From positions 1 through 57,289 of the forward strand of contig QZJO01000012.1 of the NCBI GenBank assembly GCA_003599755.1: DNA of 57,289 nucleotides, in the 5' to 3' direction. Origin of the DNA: Candidatus Parcubacteria bacterium (lineage in GTDB: Bacteria; Patescibacteriota; Minisyncoccia; Sungbacterales; SURF-37). The translations under genes were made by a program, and so were the position numbers. Every line of letters begins with the position of its first letter. The first letter of the stretch is position 1. Below, piece after piece: positions 36,728-45,916 of this stretch. The notes beneath the pieces were generated by a model. It was not told the origin of the DNA and ran no database searches. It saw only the letters and a list, made by a program, of their open reading frames with translations.

Positions 36728-37716
36728 ATAGAACATCGCTCATTACCCTTGCCGCACTCGTTGCCATCCTCGGCGGCGCTGCGGTTTGGTATGCCCAAAA
36801 TCGCACTGACGCCGCCGAACGCGACGATGCGGCAGTACGCTCACGCGTCGAGGAATTCGGTCGTCGGCTCGCGAGCGTTCCGCTGCTCGCGCCCGCCGAT
36901 GCTGCCGCGGCGGCCATGGAGGAGCAATACCGGGAATTCGTCGCCCCCGATCTCTTGGCCGCATGGCAGCGCGAACCGCTCGCCGCGCCCGGACGCCTAA
37001 CCTCGAGCCCATGGCCGGATCGCATCGAAATCACCGGCTTGGATTACGCTCCGCCGGGCGTCTATACCGTGCGCGGCAACATCGTCGAGGTCACGAGCGC
37101 CGATATCGCATCGGGCAGCGCCGCAGCCGTGCGCCGACCGGTTACGCTGATCGTCGAATGGCGCGGCGGCCGTTGGCTCATTACCGGGTTTACCAGCGAA
37201 TCCGCGCTGCCGGAGGGCTGGCAGGCGTTGGACCACGAGGGAATCCGTTTCGCATATCCGCCGGGATTCAGCGTGCGCACCGGCGCGGATCTGGGCGGAG
37301 GATTCGTCACGCCGACCATCGCCCGCGCCGACGCGCCGGCCAGCGCGTTTGATGCCGAGCAGACAAATCTTATCGACGCCGCGTTCGTCATCGCCGCCCG
37401 GCCGGGTGCCGATTCCGCATGCCTTTCGTTTGCCGATGCGCCGCAGCCGCCGAATGAGGACGCGATCAGCGAAGGAACGATCAACGGCGTCGCATTCATG
37501 ATGTATCGAACGGTGGGCGCGGCCGCGGGCAATCGCTACGTGAGCGAGCTCTTTCGCACCGTACAGAACGGCCGCTGCTATGAAATCGCATTAGTCGTCC
37601 ATACTGGGAATATCGGCAACTATCCACCCGACACGGTCGCAGAATTTGATGAACGCCGGGCGTTCGACGTGTTGGAACGGATGCTGGATTCGCTGCGCCT
37701 CCCGCCGAATCAGTAA
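36724..37716 (+). CDS. Membrane-anchored surface protein
   Basis: TM; APGRLTSSPWPDRIEI domain; GAAAGN.Y....CYEI domain. Confidence 0.8.
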   Translation: MNRTSLITLAALVAILGGAAVWYAQNRTDAAERDDAAVRSRVEEFGRRLASVPLLAPADAAAAAMEEQYREFVAPDLLAAWQREPLAAPGRLTSSPWPDRIEITGLDYAPPGVYTVRGNIVEVTSADIASGSAAAVRRPVTLIVEWRGGRWLITGFTSESALPEGWQALDHEGIRFAYPPGFSVRTGADLGGGFVTPTIARADAPASAFDAEQTNLIDAAFVIAARPGADSACLSFADAPQPPNEDAISEGTINGVAFMMYRTVGAAAGNRYVSELFRTVQNGRCYEIALVVHTGNIGNYPPDTVAEFDERRAFDVLERMLDSLRLPPNQ

Positions 37717-37796
37717 GATCGCTCGGCGGGCATCGTCACAGTAGGGGAGTCAAAAGGTCGAATTGCATTTCAATTCGTCTTTTTAATTTCTCTCCT

Positions 37797-38030
37797 ATGC
37801 GCACCTCCTCCATCGCACGCACTGCCGCGCTTGCCGCGATTATGAGCGGCGCAACGCTTGGCGTAGTACATGCCCAGCAGGCCACGCCGACGCCACCGGG
37901 AACACCCACGCCAACGCCGCCCGACACCGGTCTTGGCGGGGATGCGATGGGCATCCTCGTGACGCTCGCCGTATCGGGCGCGATCGCTCTGGTCGGTCTT
38001 CGGTACGCCTTGGGCAGCGCACATCGATAA
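37797..38030 (+). CDS. Minimal sortase substrate (signal peptide, Pro/Thr peptide, PPDTG, TM, basic tail)
   Basis: VHA signal cleavage site, QQATPTPPGTPTPTPPDTG, hydrophobic helix, Arg-containing tail; adjacent to sortase. Confidence 0.75.
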   Translation: MRTSSIARTAALAAIMSGATLGVVHAQQATPTPPGTPTPTPPDTGLGGDAMGILVTLAVSGAIALVGLRYALGSAHR

Positions 38031-38096
38031 CCGGTATTCGCGCGCCGGATGCCCCTGCAGGCGGGGCATCCGGTTTCGCACGGAACCATAGGCATT

Positions 38097-38711
38097 ATGC
38101 AGCCCACGCCGCAGGCGGTTTCAGCAGCGGGTATCGGCGCGATCGCGGTCGCGGTTTTTGCCGCGACCGCCGTGCGCGCGCTCGTGCCGCTCGGCGCGGT
38201 TGAATTCGATCCCAGCGTCCGCGCCGAATCGCCGCGCGCCAACACGGCATCCCGGCCCATGACCACCGAGGACCAGCCGCGCGAACTGATCATTCCGAAC
38301 CTCGGTATCGGCGCGGCGATCGAACCGGTCGGCGTGACGCCGAAGGGCGCCATGGCCGCGCCCGCAAGCTTTCGCGACGTCGGCTGGTATCGCTACGGCC
38401 CCGCGCCAGGGCAGGAGGGCAGCGCGGTTATCGCGGGCCACGTGGACAATGCCCTCGGGCTTTCGGGCGTATTCAAACGGCTCGACGAACTCGAGCGCGA
38501 AGACGATATCGTGATCCGCGCCGATGGCGGCAAAACGCTCGTATTTCGCGTAACCGAAATCCGCACCGTGCCCCTCGATGAAGTCCCGGCCGAACGCGTA
38601 TTCGACACCGCCGGCGAGCCGCGCCTCGTGCTCATTACGTGCGCGGGCCGCTGGCTCCGCGACCGCAGCACGTACGATCAGCGCCTGCTTGTATTTGCGA
38701 CGCTGCGCTAG
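38097..38711 (+). CDS. Class F sortase
   Basis: VGWY..GP.PG..GSAVIAGHVD, LVLITCAG, YDQRL (His-Cys-Arg triad). Confidence 0.92.
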   Translation: MQPTPQAVSAAGIGAIAVAVFAATAVRALVPLGAVEFDPSVRAESPRANTASRPMTTEDQPRELIIPNLGIGAAIEPVGVTPKGAMAAPASFRDVGWYRYGPAPGQEGSAVIAGHVDNALGLSGVFKRLDELEREDDIVIRADGGKTLVFRVTEIRTVPLDEVPAERVFDTAGEPRLVLITCAGRWLRDRSTYDQRLLVFATLR

Positions 38712-38740
38712 CGGCGCGGCATTGGTCTGGGCAAGCGGAA

Positions 38741-38762
38741 TCCGCCGGACGGCGGCTTTTTT
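38741..38762 (+). terminator. Intrinsic terminator
   Basis: ccgcc-ggac-ggcgg-ctttttt. Confidence 0.6.
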
Positions 38763-38788
38763 GCGTCACCGCATGCTATGCTGACGGT

Positions 38789-39385
38789 ATGCAACGGATG
38801 CTGAATTCGCCATGGTTCCTCGCCGGCGCAGCGTTTCTTGTTCTTGCCGCAACAGCCGCCGTCCTTGCGGCTATGGACCAGGTCCTGATATGCCGTTGCG
38901 GATACGTCAAAATTTGGCACGGCATAGTGGCAAGTTCTGAGAATTCTCAGCACCTTGCGGACTGGTATACGTTTTCCCACATCATCCACGGCGTTGCCTT
39001 TTACGGCATCGGCCATCTGGTACGGCGGACGCTTGCACGGCGGGGGATTGCCGTGCCGCTCGGCGCCATATTCATCGGCGCGCTGGGGATCGAGGCGGGA
39101 TGGGAAGTATTCGAAAATACCGATTACGTCATCAACCGCTACCGCGAGGTCACGATTTCCCGCGAGTACTATGGCGACAGCGTCATCAACTCGATCGCCG
39201 ACGTCGCGGCGATGATCGCGGGGTTCGCGCTTGCCGCGCGCCTGCCGATCTGGACAACGCTAGCCCTGGTCGCCGCCCTGGAAGTCGGCGTGGGCTGGGC
39301 CATCCGCGATAATCTGACGCTCAACATACTTATGCTTTTGTACCCGTTGCCGTTCATTCTCGAATGGCAGCGGGGCGGGGGGTAG
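38789..39385 (+). CDS. DUF2585 (UPF0314) membrane protein
   Basis: C.CGYVKIW.G...SSENSQH.ADWYTFSHIIHG, GDSVINS, IRDNLTLNI. Confidence 0.9.
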   Translation: MQRMLNSPWFLAGAAFLVLAATAAVLAAMDQVLICRCGYVKIWHGIVASSENSQHLADWYTFSHIIHGVAFYGIGHLVRRTLARRGIAVPLGAIFIGALGIEAGWEVFENTDYVINRYREVTISREYYGDSVINSIADVAAMIAGFALAARLPIWTTLALVAALEVGVGWAIRDNLTLNILMLLYPLPFILEWQRGGG

Positions 39386-39472
39386 CGCGCCGTATGAAAG
39401 AATACGGCAAGGGCCTCGTCACCCCTGGGCGAAAGGTCGGATCGTATCCGTGATCCGCATTTTTTTATTCGT

Positions 39473-39673
39473 ATGGCTCGATCGACGCCAAGCCCTGTCG
39501 CGGTGCAAAAATTCCTGAGCGGCGTGGATTATCCGGCGACCAAGGACGATCTCATCGAGCGCGCCGAGGACGAAGGCGCTGATGAGGCGATCGTTGAGTC
39601 CCTGCGCCAGCTGCCGATGGACGAATTCGCGTCGCCGACCGATGTGACCGAAGCCATGAGCAAGCGCGCATAG
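39473..39673 (+). CDS. DUF2795 protein
   Basis: VQKFLSGVDYPATKDDL..A...GA......L..LP...F.SP.DV. Confidence 0.88.
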   Translation: MARSTPSPVAVQKFLSGVDYPATKDDLIERAEDEGADEAIVESLRQLPMDEFASPTDVTEAMSKRA

Positions 39674-39779
39674 CATCGCGACCCGATACCGCACCGTATA
39701 CCGCCGGACAGATCCGTTGCAGCGGATCCTGCCCGGCGGTATCATGATCTCTGGTTGTCCGCACTAACGATTACGACTC

Positions 39780-40250
39780 ATGAAAGCAGTCATCGCGATC
39801 CTCGTTGTCGTCATCCTCGGCGTAGGCGTTTGGTATTTCATGCAGAATTCCGCCGCGCCCGCTGCCGAAACTCCGCCCGCGGCCGCGCCGACGCCGACAC
39901 CTTCGGCTGGCACGGAGCAAACGCCGCCCGCCCAGACGCCACCGACCGCGCCGCCGCCGGCAGCTCAAGGAACAGTGAAAGAATTTACCGTGACGGGAAC
40001 GAACTTCGAATTTTCGCCCAAGGAGATGCGCGTGAAGCGCGGCGATCGCGTCCGCGTGACATTCGTCAGCGCGGGCGGCATGCATGATTGGGTTCTCGAA
40101 GAATTCAACGCCGCGACTCAACAGCTTGCCGCCGGCGAACGCGAAACCGTGGAATTCGTCGCCAGCAAAACCGGAACGTTCGAATACTACTGCTCGGTCG
40201 GCGCGCATCGCCAGATGGGCATGACCGGAAATCTTATCGTCAGCGAATAA
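39780..40250 (+). CDS. Membrane-anchored cupredoxin (type 1 copper)
   Basis: TM, Pro/Thr/Ala stalk, His in MHDW, YYCSVGAHRQMGM ligand loop. Confidence 0.88.
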   Translation: MKAVIAILVVVILGVGVWYFMQNSAAPAAETPPAAAPTPTPSAGTEQTPPAQTPPTAPPPAAQGTVKEFTVTGTNFEFSPKEMRVKRGDRVRVTFVSAGGMHDWVLEEFNAATQQLAAGERETVEFVASKTGTFEYYCSVGAHRQMGMTGNLIVSE

Positions 40251-40275
40251 GCGGGCCACATCGCCCCAGCGACAG

Positions 40276-40309
40276 CAAACCCATCCCGGCGGCCGCCGGG
40301 ATGGGTTTG
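40276..40309. terminator. Terminator-like perfect 34-bp palindrome
   Basis: caaacccatcccggcgg|ccgccgggatgggtttg. Confidence 0.7.
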
Positions 40310-40383
40310 ATTTGACGATACGGTGCCGCAACGGCATCGCGCATGCGCACCGCGTAAGGAGGCCTCTCCCAGGGCGTCTAGGC

Positions 40384-40770
40384 ATGGATATGGAAAACAA
40401 CCGTACTCCATCACTCGTGCATGACTTAGAGCGCGATGAGAGCATCGGGCCAACCGCGCGCACGACAAACCATGGCCGCATCCGGCAATGGGCCGAAGAA
40501 CGCGGCGGCAAGCCGGCGATCATTGCGACGGCCGGCCGCGACGCGAGCGGCATACTGCGCATTGATTTCGGCGAGGCCACCGAACATCTGCAAACGCTCT
40601 CGTGGGACGATTTTTTCAACATTTTTGAGGAGCAGGGCTTGGAATTCCTCTACCAAGAACGGATGGCCGATGGATCGCCAAGCCGCTTCTTCAGATTCGT
40701 GACGCGCGAATTGGAAAGCGAAGAAGAGGAGGACGCGCGCATCGAAGATGGGGGTGATGAGGACACCTGA
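40384..40770 (+). CDS. Conserved hypothetical small acidic protein
   Basis: TT.H..IR.WAEERGG.PA, G.LRIDF, SWD.FF..FE...L.FLYQE. Confidence 0.78.
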   Translation: MDMENNRTPSLVHDLERDESIGPTARTTNHGRIRQWAEERGGKPAIIATAGRDASGILRIDFGEATEHLQTLSWDDFFNIFEEQGLEFLYQERMADGSPSRFFRFVTRELESEEEEDARIEDGGDEDT

Positions 40771-40839
40771 ACGGAGTATACTGAGCGGCCAAAACGCCGT
40801 AGTATATGAACGGTGCGCCGCGAGCGGCGCTCCATTCCC

Positions 40840-41814
40840 ATGGCAACCGCCCAGCCAGCTACCCAGCTTCATATACCCGAACGCCTCCAGCGCCGGCTTG
40901 TCCTTGATGAACTATTCGATCTGACGCTCTACCAGCGGCTGCGTGCATTCGCGTCGGCCGATACCGCCCGAATGCTCGATGCTTTGATTCCGGTCGAGAC
41001 CGGCCATTTGCGATTCTGGCAGCAATTTTTCGGCATCCGCGAGGCCAAGCTCGATATGCGGCGGCGCATGCAGCTGGGAGTGATGGTGCTCGTTGCCCGC
41101 GTGTTCGGCGAACGGGGGATTCATCTGGTCCTGCAAGCCATCGAGGTCTACGGCGTAAAAAAATACCTCGATGTATGGGACGCGTATCGCGGCGGGCCGC
41201 TCGGCGAAGCGGTGCGCGGCATCCTGATCGACGAATTCAAACACGAAGACGATATCGTCACCGAAGCCGCGGCCCGCAAACTCCACCCGGAACGCGTGCG
41301 GGATATTTTTCTCGGCTTCAACGACGGCATGGTCGAGATCCTGGGCGCGGTCAGCGGATTTTTTGCCGCATTCCCAGCGACTTCGACAGTACTCGTGGCA
41401 AGCGCAACGGTCGCGGTTGCCGGCTCGATTTCCATGGCCGCCGGCGCGTTTGCCGCCTTGAGTTCGGAGCGCGAGATCGAACGTATCGAAGAACGCCGCA
41501 AACAATTTCTCGGTACTGCAGGAAACGGCCCGAAAAAAAGCCATCCGCTCGCGTCGGGCGCCGTAGTGGGGATCTTCTATTTCATCGGCGCCATGGTGCC
41601 GGTCGTGCCGGTCCTGTTCGGCGCCGAGTCGCTTACCGTATCCATCATCGCCGCAACCGTCGTGGTCGTGATCGTTTCCTATATCCTTGCCTTTCTTTCG
41701 GGCATGAGCGTGGCGCGCCGCATCGGGCTCAACCTCGTGATCATCGCCATCGCCGTGGGCGTGACCTATACCATCGGCTCGATCGCCAACCGCGTCTGGG
41801 GCCTCGCGCTCTGA
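40840..41814 (+). CDS. Ferritin/rubrerythrin-like + VIT1/CCC1 metal transporter
   Basis: E..H carboxylate motifs (VETGH, DEFKHE); LGFNDG.VE and AGSISMA.G. Confidence 0.85.
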   Translation: MATAQPATQLHIPERLQRRLVLDELFDLTLYQRLRAFASADTARMLDALIPVETGHLRFWQQFFGIREAKLDMRRRMQLGVMVLVARVFGERGIHLVLQAIEVYGVKKYLDVWDAYRGGPLGEAVRGILIDEFKHEDDIVTEAAARKLHPERVRDIFLGFNDGMVEILGAVSGFFAAFPATSTVLVASATVAVAGSISMAAGAFAALSSEREIERIEERRKQFLGTAGNGPKKSHPLASGAVVGIFYFIGAMVPVVPVLFGAESLTVSIIAATVVVVIVSYILAFLSGMSVARRIGLNLVIIAIAVGVTYTIGSIANRVWGLAL

Positions 41815-41833
41815 CGGACGATGTTAAATGCAA

Positions 41834-41859
41834 ACACCGAGGGATGCTTCCCCCGGTGT
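41834..41859. terminator. Hairpin terminator between convergent units
   Basis: acaccgaggga-tgct-tcccccggtgt; T-rich tail on the minus strand. Confidence 0.65.
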
Positions 41860-42051
41860 CGGTGTATCGTGGGTGCGGCGCTTGCCGCTCATTGTAGCGG
41901 AACAGTCCTTGCTGGCTTGCTTTGGGATCGAGTCCCGCCGCGCACCAGATCTCGCCCCGAGGACGAAACGGTTTTGCTTGTGGTGATCTGCCGCGGCAGA
42001 TCCCTCTGCGCCACCCGTGAACTGTCATGATCGATATGCCTTACTCAGGCG

Positions 42052-43068
42052 TCAGGCGGTAGCCGGCGCCGCAGGCGGCGCGGGATGCGTGCCATTCAGG
42101 CCGGAATGTTCGAGCAGGTGGCGCCGCATGTTGCGCGGCAGCACCTCGGTGGGACCATGACGGTCATGCGACGAACTGGCGTTCTTGTAGCCGGGACACC
42201 ACAACTGGAGCTTGTAGATCTTGGACGAGTCGCCGTGAGGCCACGTGTAGACGCCATCGTCGCGGAAATCATACACGGAGCCCTTGTACTCCGCGCGATG
42301 CCGCTCTTCGGCACTTGAGCGCGGCGCGGAACCGGGCTGCGACTCGCCGGCAACAGGAACGACCACGGCAGGCCGCTCGCTATCGCCCATGGTCCTCTGG
42401 TGCTCCTTCTGGAGCTCGCGATTCGCTCGCTTGAGCCCCTGATTCTCCGCTGCGAGATCCTGGTTCAGCTGCCGCTCGGCAATGAGCTCCCGGCCGGTCC
42501 TGCGACTCCGGCGGTACCCTTCCTGCACGATGGCGACAGCCGCGACGAGAAGACCGAACGCGACGAGCACCGCGGTCCAGAGGCCGGTGAGCCACCGATC
42601 CTTGCCCGCGGCCATGGCCTGGAGCGCTGTTCGATCCTGCTCCAGAAAATCCTTGTCCCTGCCCAGGGTCGTGACGCGATCGGTGAGCTCGCGATTCTCC
42701 TTGAGCACCGCTTCGGCCTTCTGGCCGAGCTCTTGGTTGACCTTCTGAAGGTCCGCGATCTCGTCCACGCGGGCGTTATGCCGCTGCCGCAGCTCGACGT
42801 AATCGCGCTGCAACGCCTGGTAGGCGTTGTGCTCGTTGTCGAACGCGAGCGCCATCTTGCCAAGACGGCTCTGCAAGCAGACTGTCAGCGCATCAAGGCC
42901 GCCGTAGCTCCCGTAGGCCGGGTTCTGCGGATCGCACAGGGGGTCGTACTGCCGTTCGGCGAGAGCCGAATCGGTCGCGACGGTGACCGGGCCCCCGGAT
43001 GCCGCCCAAACCTGAACAGCGATGCCGAGAACGAGGACGAGTGCGAGGGTGAACGCGCGTAGTATCAT
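42052..43068 (-). CDS. Hypothetical protein: signal peptide, coiled coil, TM, cytoplasmic coiled coil, Cys/His tail
   Basis: SD GGAGGAGG; MILRAFTLALVLVLG...VWA; heptad repeats; WLTGLWTAVLVAFGLLVAAVAIV TM. Confidence 0.78.
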   Translation of the reverse strand: MILRAFTLALVLVLGIAVQVWAASGGPVTVATDSALAERQYDPLCDPQNPAYGSYGGLDALTVCLQSRLGKMALAFDNEHNAYQALQRDYVELRQRHNARVDEIADLQKVNQELGQKAEAVLKENRELTDRVTTLGRDKDFLEQDRTALQAMAAGKDRWLTGLWTAVLVAFGLLVAAVAIVQEGYRRSRRTGRELIAERQLNQDLAAENQGLKRANRELQKEHQRTMGDSERPAVVVPVAGESQPGSAPRSSAEERHRAEYKGSVYDFRDDGVYTWPHGDSSKIYKLQLWCPGYKNASSSHDRHGPTEVLPRNMRRHLLEHSGLNGTHPAPPAAPATA

Positions 43069-43246
43069 CTCTGCCTCCTCCGGTTTGTAGGTGCGTAACG
43101 CGTTACTGTCAGTTGTCAGGGTACCCAGGGCACCCCGCGCGAGAACCGGCGCATGCCGGAAGAGCAGGGAGGGGTCGGCGCGATTTCGCAACATTCCGAC
43201 GGATCCTACTCAATACGAAAACTTCCGCCGGAAATGGTGCCCGCGA

Positions 43247-43276
43247 AATCTACCCTAGAGAGGACGGGTATGTCAA
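43247..43276 (-). promoter_or_regulatory. Sigma70 promoter ahead of a long structured leader
   Basis: Minus strand TTGACA-18 nt-TAGATT. Confidence 0.6.
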
Positions 43277-43358
43277 GGCCGTCTTTCAGCGATACGGCCC
43301 CGCAAGAAGCCGTGCGGCAGGCCGTCAGCCGATATGCGGAATCATTCGCATCCTCGCC

Positions 43359-44435
43359 ATGACTGATCAACCCTGGCATCTGACGTTTACCGGCAACGAC
43401 GCGTGGCAAGAAATGCTCGCGGCGATTTCGACCGCCACCGTATCGATCAAACTCGCGCACTATATCCTCAAAGACGTGAAGCCGGGAAAAATCGGCTACG
43501 AATTCGCAACCGCATTCATCGAGAAAGCCCGCGCCGGGGTAGCGGTGGAGTTGATTCTTGACGCGTTCGGCAGCCACCCGATCTACACCGATTGGAAGCT
43601 GCGTCGGGCGTTTGCCCAAGCCGGCGTGCGCCTGCGCTTCCACACGATCCGCCGCACCACGCCGCATCCATTATTTTTCTTCGCCCGCGACCACCGCAAG
43701 CTCGCGCTCGTGGACAGCCGCGTCGCGTTCCTCGGCGGCATCATTATCGAGGATCGCGCGCGCTCCTGGCGCGACACCCAGATCCGCCTCATCGGCCCGG
43801 CCGCGCTCGAGGCCGGCCGGGCATTCGACCGCTCATGGCATTCGATCGCCGAACGCGGTTCGTCGGTCGCGGACAATATGGGATCGGGAAACGGCGTGAC
43901 ACGCATTTTACAAAGCGGTCCGCATCGCGCGCGCCGGGCAATTCTGAATACCTATATCGAAGCAATCGATGGAGCCGCCGAATCGGTGCTGGTTACGTCG
44001 CCCTACTTCGTCCCGCCCCGATCGCTGTTTCGGGCGCTCCGGCGGGCTGCCGCCCGCGGCGTCGCGGTCCACATACTCGTCCCCGAGCGCCAGATGGAAC
44101 GGATCATGGAATTCGCCAATGCTTCATTCTTCGAAGCGGCGTTAGCCGGCGGCATGCGCGTGCATCTGTACCCGTCGTACCTGCATGCAAAAACCGTCAC
44201 CGTCGACCGGGAATGGGCGAGCGTCGGTAGCTGCAACATCGATCGCCTTTCCTTGGAATATAATTACGAATTCACGGCGATCTCCCGCGATCCCGCGCTT
44301 AACCGCGCGCTCGTCGAACAGTTCGGGCGTGATCTGCGCGTGGCGCGCGATCTGGAGCTCAATGCGTGGCGTCGGCGACCGTATTGGCAGCGCGCCCTCG
44401 AGACCATCGGCGCCTTGGCGCGGCCCATGCTTTGA
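43359..44435 (+). CDS. cls: Cardiolipin synthase / phospholipase D family
   Basis: Two HKD motifs (RDHRKLALVD, LHAKTVTVD); SPYFVP; VGSCNID. Confidence 0.88.
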   Translation: MTDQPWHLTFTGNDAWQEMLAAISTATVSIKLAHYILKDVKPGKIGYEFATAFIEKARAGVAVELILDAFGSHPIYTDWKLRRAFAQAGVRLRFHTIRRTTPHPLFFFARDHRKLALVDSRVAFLGGIIIEDRARSWRDTQIRLIGPAALEAGRAFDRSWHSIAERGSSVADNMGSGNGVTRILQSGPHRARRAILNTYIEAIDGAAESVLVTSPYFVPPRSLFRALRRAAARGVAVHILVPERQMERIMEFANASFFEAALAGGMRVHLYPSYLHAKTVTVDREWASVGSCNIDRLSLEYNYEFTAISRDPALNRALVEQFGRDLRVARDLELNAWRRRPYWQRALETIGALARPML

Positions 44436-44486
44436 AACGGATACCGGTTCGTAAGAACCGCCGCGATGTGCCGTCGTTCACCCTAT

Positions 44487-44660
44487 ATGGCACGGTATGG
44501 CAAGGGAGCTCCGCGCGAAGTGGCAAAAGCCATGCGCCAACACAAGCGCACGAGCGGCCGCATCAAAAACCGGCGGCAAGCCATCGCCGTAGGACTCGCG
44601 AGGGCGCGCCGCCGCAACGCAAAGGTACCGCCGCGTCGCCAGCGCAGCAGCTCTCGTTAA
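44487..44660 (+). CDS. DUF6496-like small basic protein
   Basis: MARY......V..AM...K....K.R.QAIA.GL..AR....KVP. Confidence 0.75.
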   Translation: MARYGKGAPREVAKAMRQHKRTSGRIKNRRQAIAVGLARARRRNAKVPPRRQRSSSR

Positions 44661-44673
44661 TTTCCATCACCCT

Positions 44674-45027
44674 ATGGCACCACTCGCACCGACCGCTTCG
44701 ATTCTTGTCACATGGCTCGTGCTGACGCTCGCGGTGATCGCGGGCGCTTATGTCCTTCCCGGCGTGCGCGTTACCGGATTCGTCGCCGCACTCGTGACCG
44801 CGCTGGTGCTCGGCATCATCAATGCCCTTGTACGCCCCGCCCTCCTCGTGCTGACGCTGCCGATCAACGCGCTGACGCTCGGTCTTTTCACGTTCGTCAT
44901 CAACGCGCTTCTTATTATGCTGGCCGCGGTCATCGTCCCGGGATTCGAAGTTGATTCATTCTGGTCCGCGCTCTTGTTCAGCATCGTGCTTGCTATCATC
45001 ATTGCCGTGCTCGCGTACATTTTCTGA
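44674..45027 (+). CDS. YvlD / 4-TMS holin-superfamily membrane protein
   Basis: ALVLG.INA.VRP.L..LTLP...LTLGLF..VINA....VPGF.V..FW.A. Confidence 0.9.
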   Translation: MAPLAPTASILVTWLVLTLAVIAGAYVLPGVRVTGFVAALVTALVLGIINALVRPALLVLTLPINALTLGLFTFVINALLIMLAAVIVPGFEVDSFWSALLFSIVLAIIIAVLAYIF

Positions 45028-45063
45028 CCGCTGCCGATCATTATTAGTGGGGTTGGAAACCGA

Positions 45064-45098
45064 AAACGGAACCGCGTTCCCGCGATTCCGTTTTTGTT
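45064..45098. terminator. Bidirectional terminator
   Basis: aaaacggaaccgcg-ttcc-cgcgattccgttttt. Confidence 0.75.
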
Positions 45099-45118
45099 CT
45101 TGAGGATGTCCGCATGCG

Positions 45119-45916
45119 CTATGCCGCGTGCAGCGGATCAAGCGTCCATCGGATATCCTGCCAGGCGCCCGCTGCCGTAGGGCTTACCGCCACGATCGAC
45201 GTTCCAATTCGGTCTTCGATCGCGGCATGCACCACGTCCAAGCTCCTCAGTTCGCGGCGGATGGCCGCCAATCCGCGGCCGCTCGTGCCGTAGAGCGCCA
45301 ACATCCGATCGTGGAAAAACCAATCGGCGACCTCGGGTTCCAGCTTCCCCAGATCACCGCCGGCCATATCGATCGCGCGCAGCACCACTCCGAAGCTTGC
45401 ATCCGTGATGTCTTGGATGAGCCGCCAATCAGACGCGACGGCTCGATCATTGCGCACGATAATCGTCATGGCCGCCCGCTTCATTTTGAAACGGCCGAGC
45501 GTTACGCCGGGTACCGCGACCACTACCACGCCCACGACGATGCGTTGCGGCGCAGGATCGCGCGCGGCCTCGGCTCGAAGCCATGTCGCAAGCACGTCGA
45601 TCGCCGCGTCTGCTCCCGGCAGCGTGCCGTCTTCCAGACGACCCACAAGCCATTCCAGTCGACGGGCGGCAGCTTCGCTATCATCCGGCACAAGCAAGCG
45701 AAACGCATCGCCCGCACGCGGCGATTCATAGGTGTCGCGTGATGCATCCGCGCGCGGCGTCAGCGCCGAGCGCAACCGCGCGGACAAATGCGCCGCGAAT
45801 GCCGCGTCCCGTGCCGCGTAGGCGATCAACGATGCAGCAAGCGTTTCGCCGTACTGCCACGCGCGGCGCGCCGGATCGGCAATGACTCCGTGATGAAGAG
45901 GAGATTGGTACGGCAT
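45119..45916 (-). CDS. Hypothetical protein with degenerate PTH2-like C-terminal domain
   Basis: MTIIVRND...DASFG...DW...AIED..GTSIVAVSP...LDPL resembles the Pth2 layout; start uncertain. Confidence 0.6.
   Translation of the reverse strand: MPYQSPLHHGVIADPARRAWQYGETLAASLIAYAARDAAFAAHLSARLRSALTPRADASRDTYESPRAGDAFRLLVPDDSEAAARRLEWLVGRLEDGTLPGADAAIDVLATWLRAEAARDPAPQRIVVGVVVVAVPGVTLGRFKMKRAAMTIIVRNDRAVASDWRLIQDITDASFGVVLRAIDMAGGDLGKLEPEVADWFFHDRMLALYGTSGRGLAAIRRELRSLDVVHAAIEDRIGTSIVAVSPTAAGAWQDIRWTLDPLHAA

Noticed and set aside
41925-41972. Hammerhead-like GAGTCC...GGACGAAAC
   Set aside because: The required CUGANGA core and stems I/III are absent
37730-44486. Possible alternative-sigma CGTC -10 motif and AAAGGTCG motif before stress and surface genes
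   Set aside because: Too short, too few instances and inconsistently spaced to support by eye
44674-45027. Holin as evidence of a prophage
   Set aside because: YvlD-type proteins are common chromosomal genes; no phage structural, lysin or integrase genes nearby
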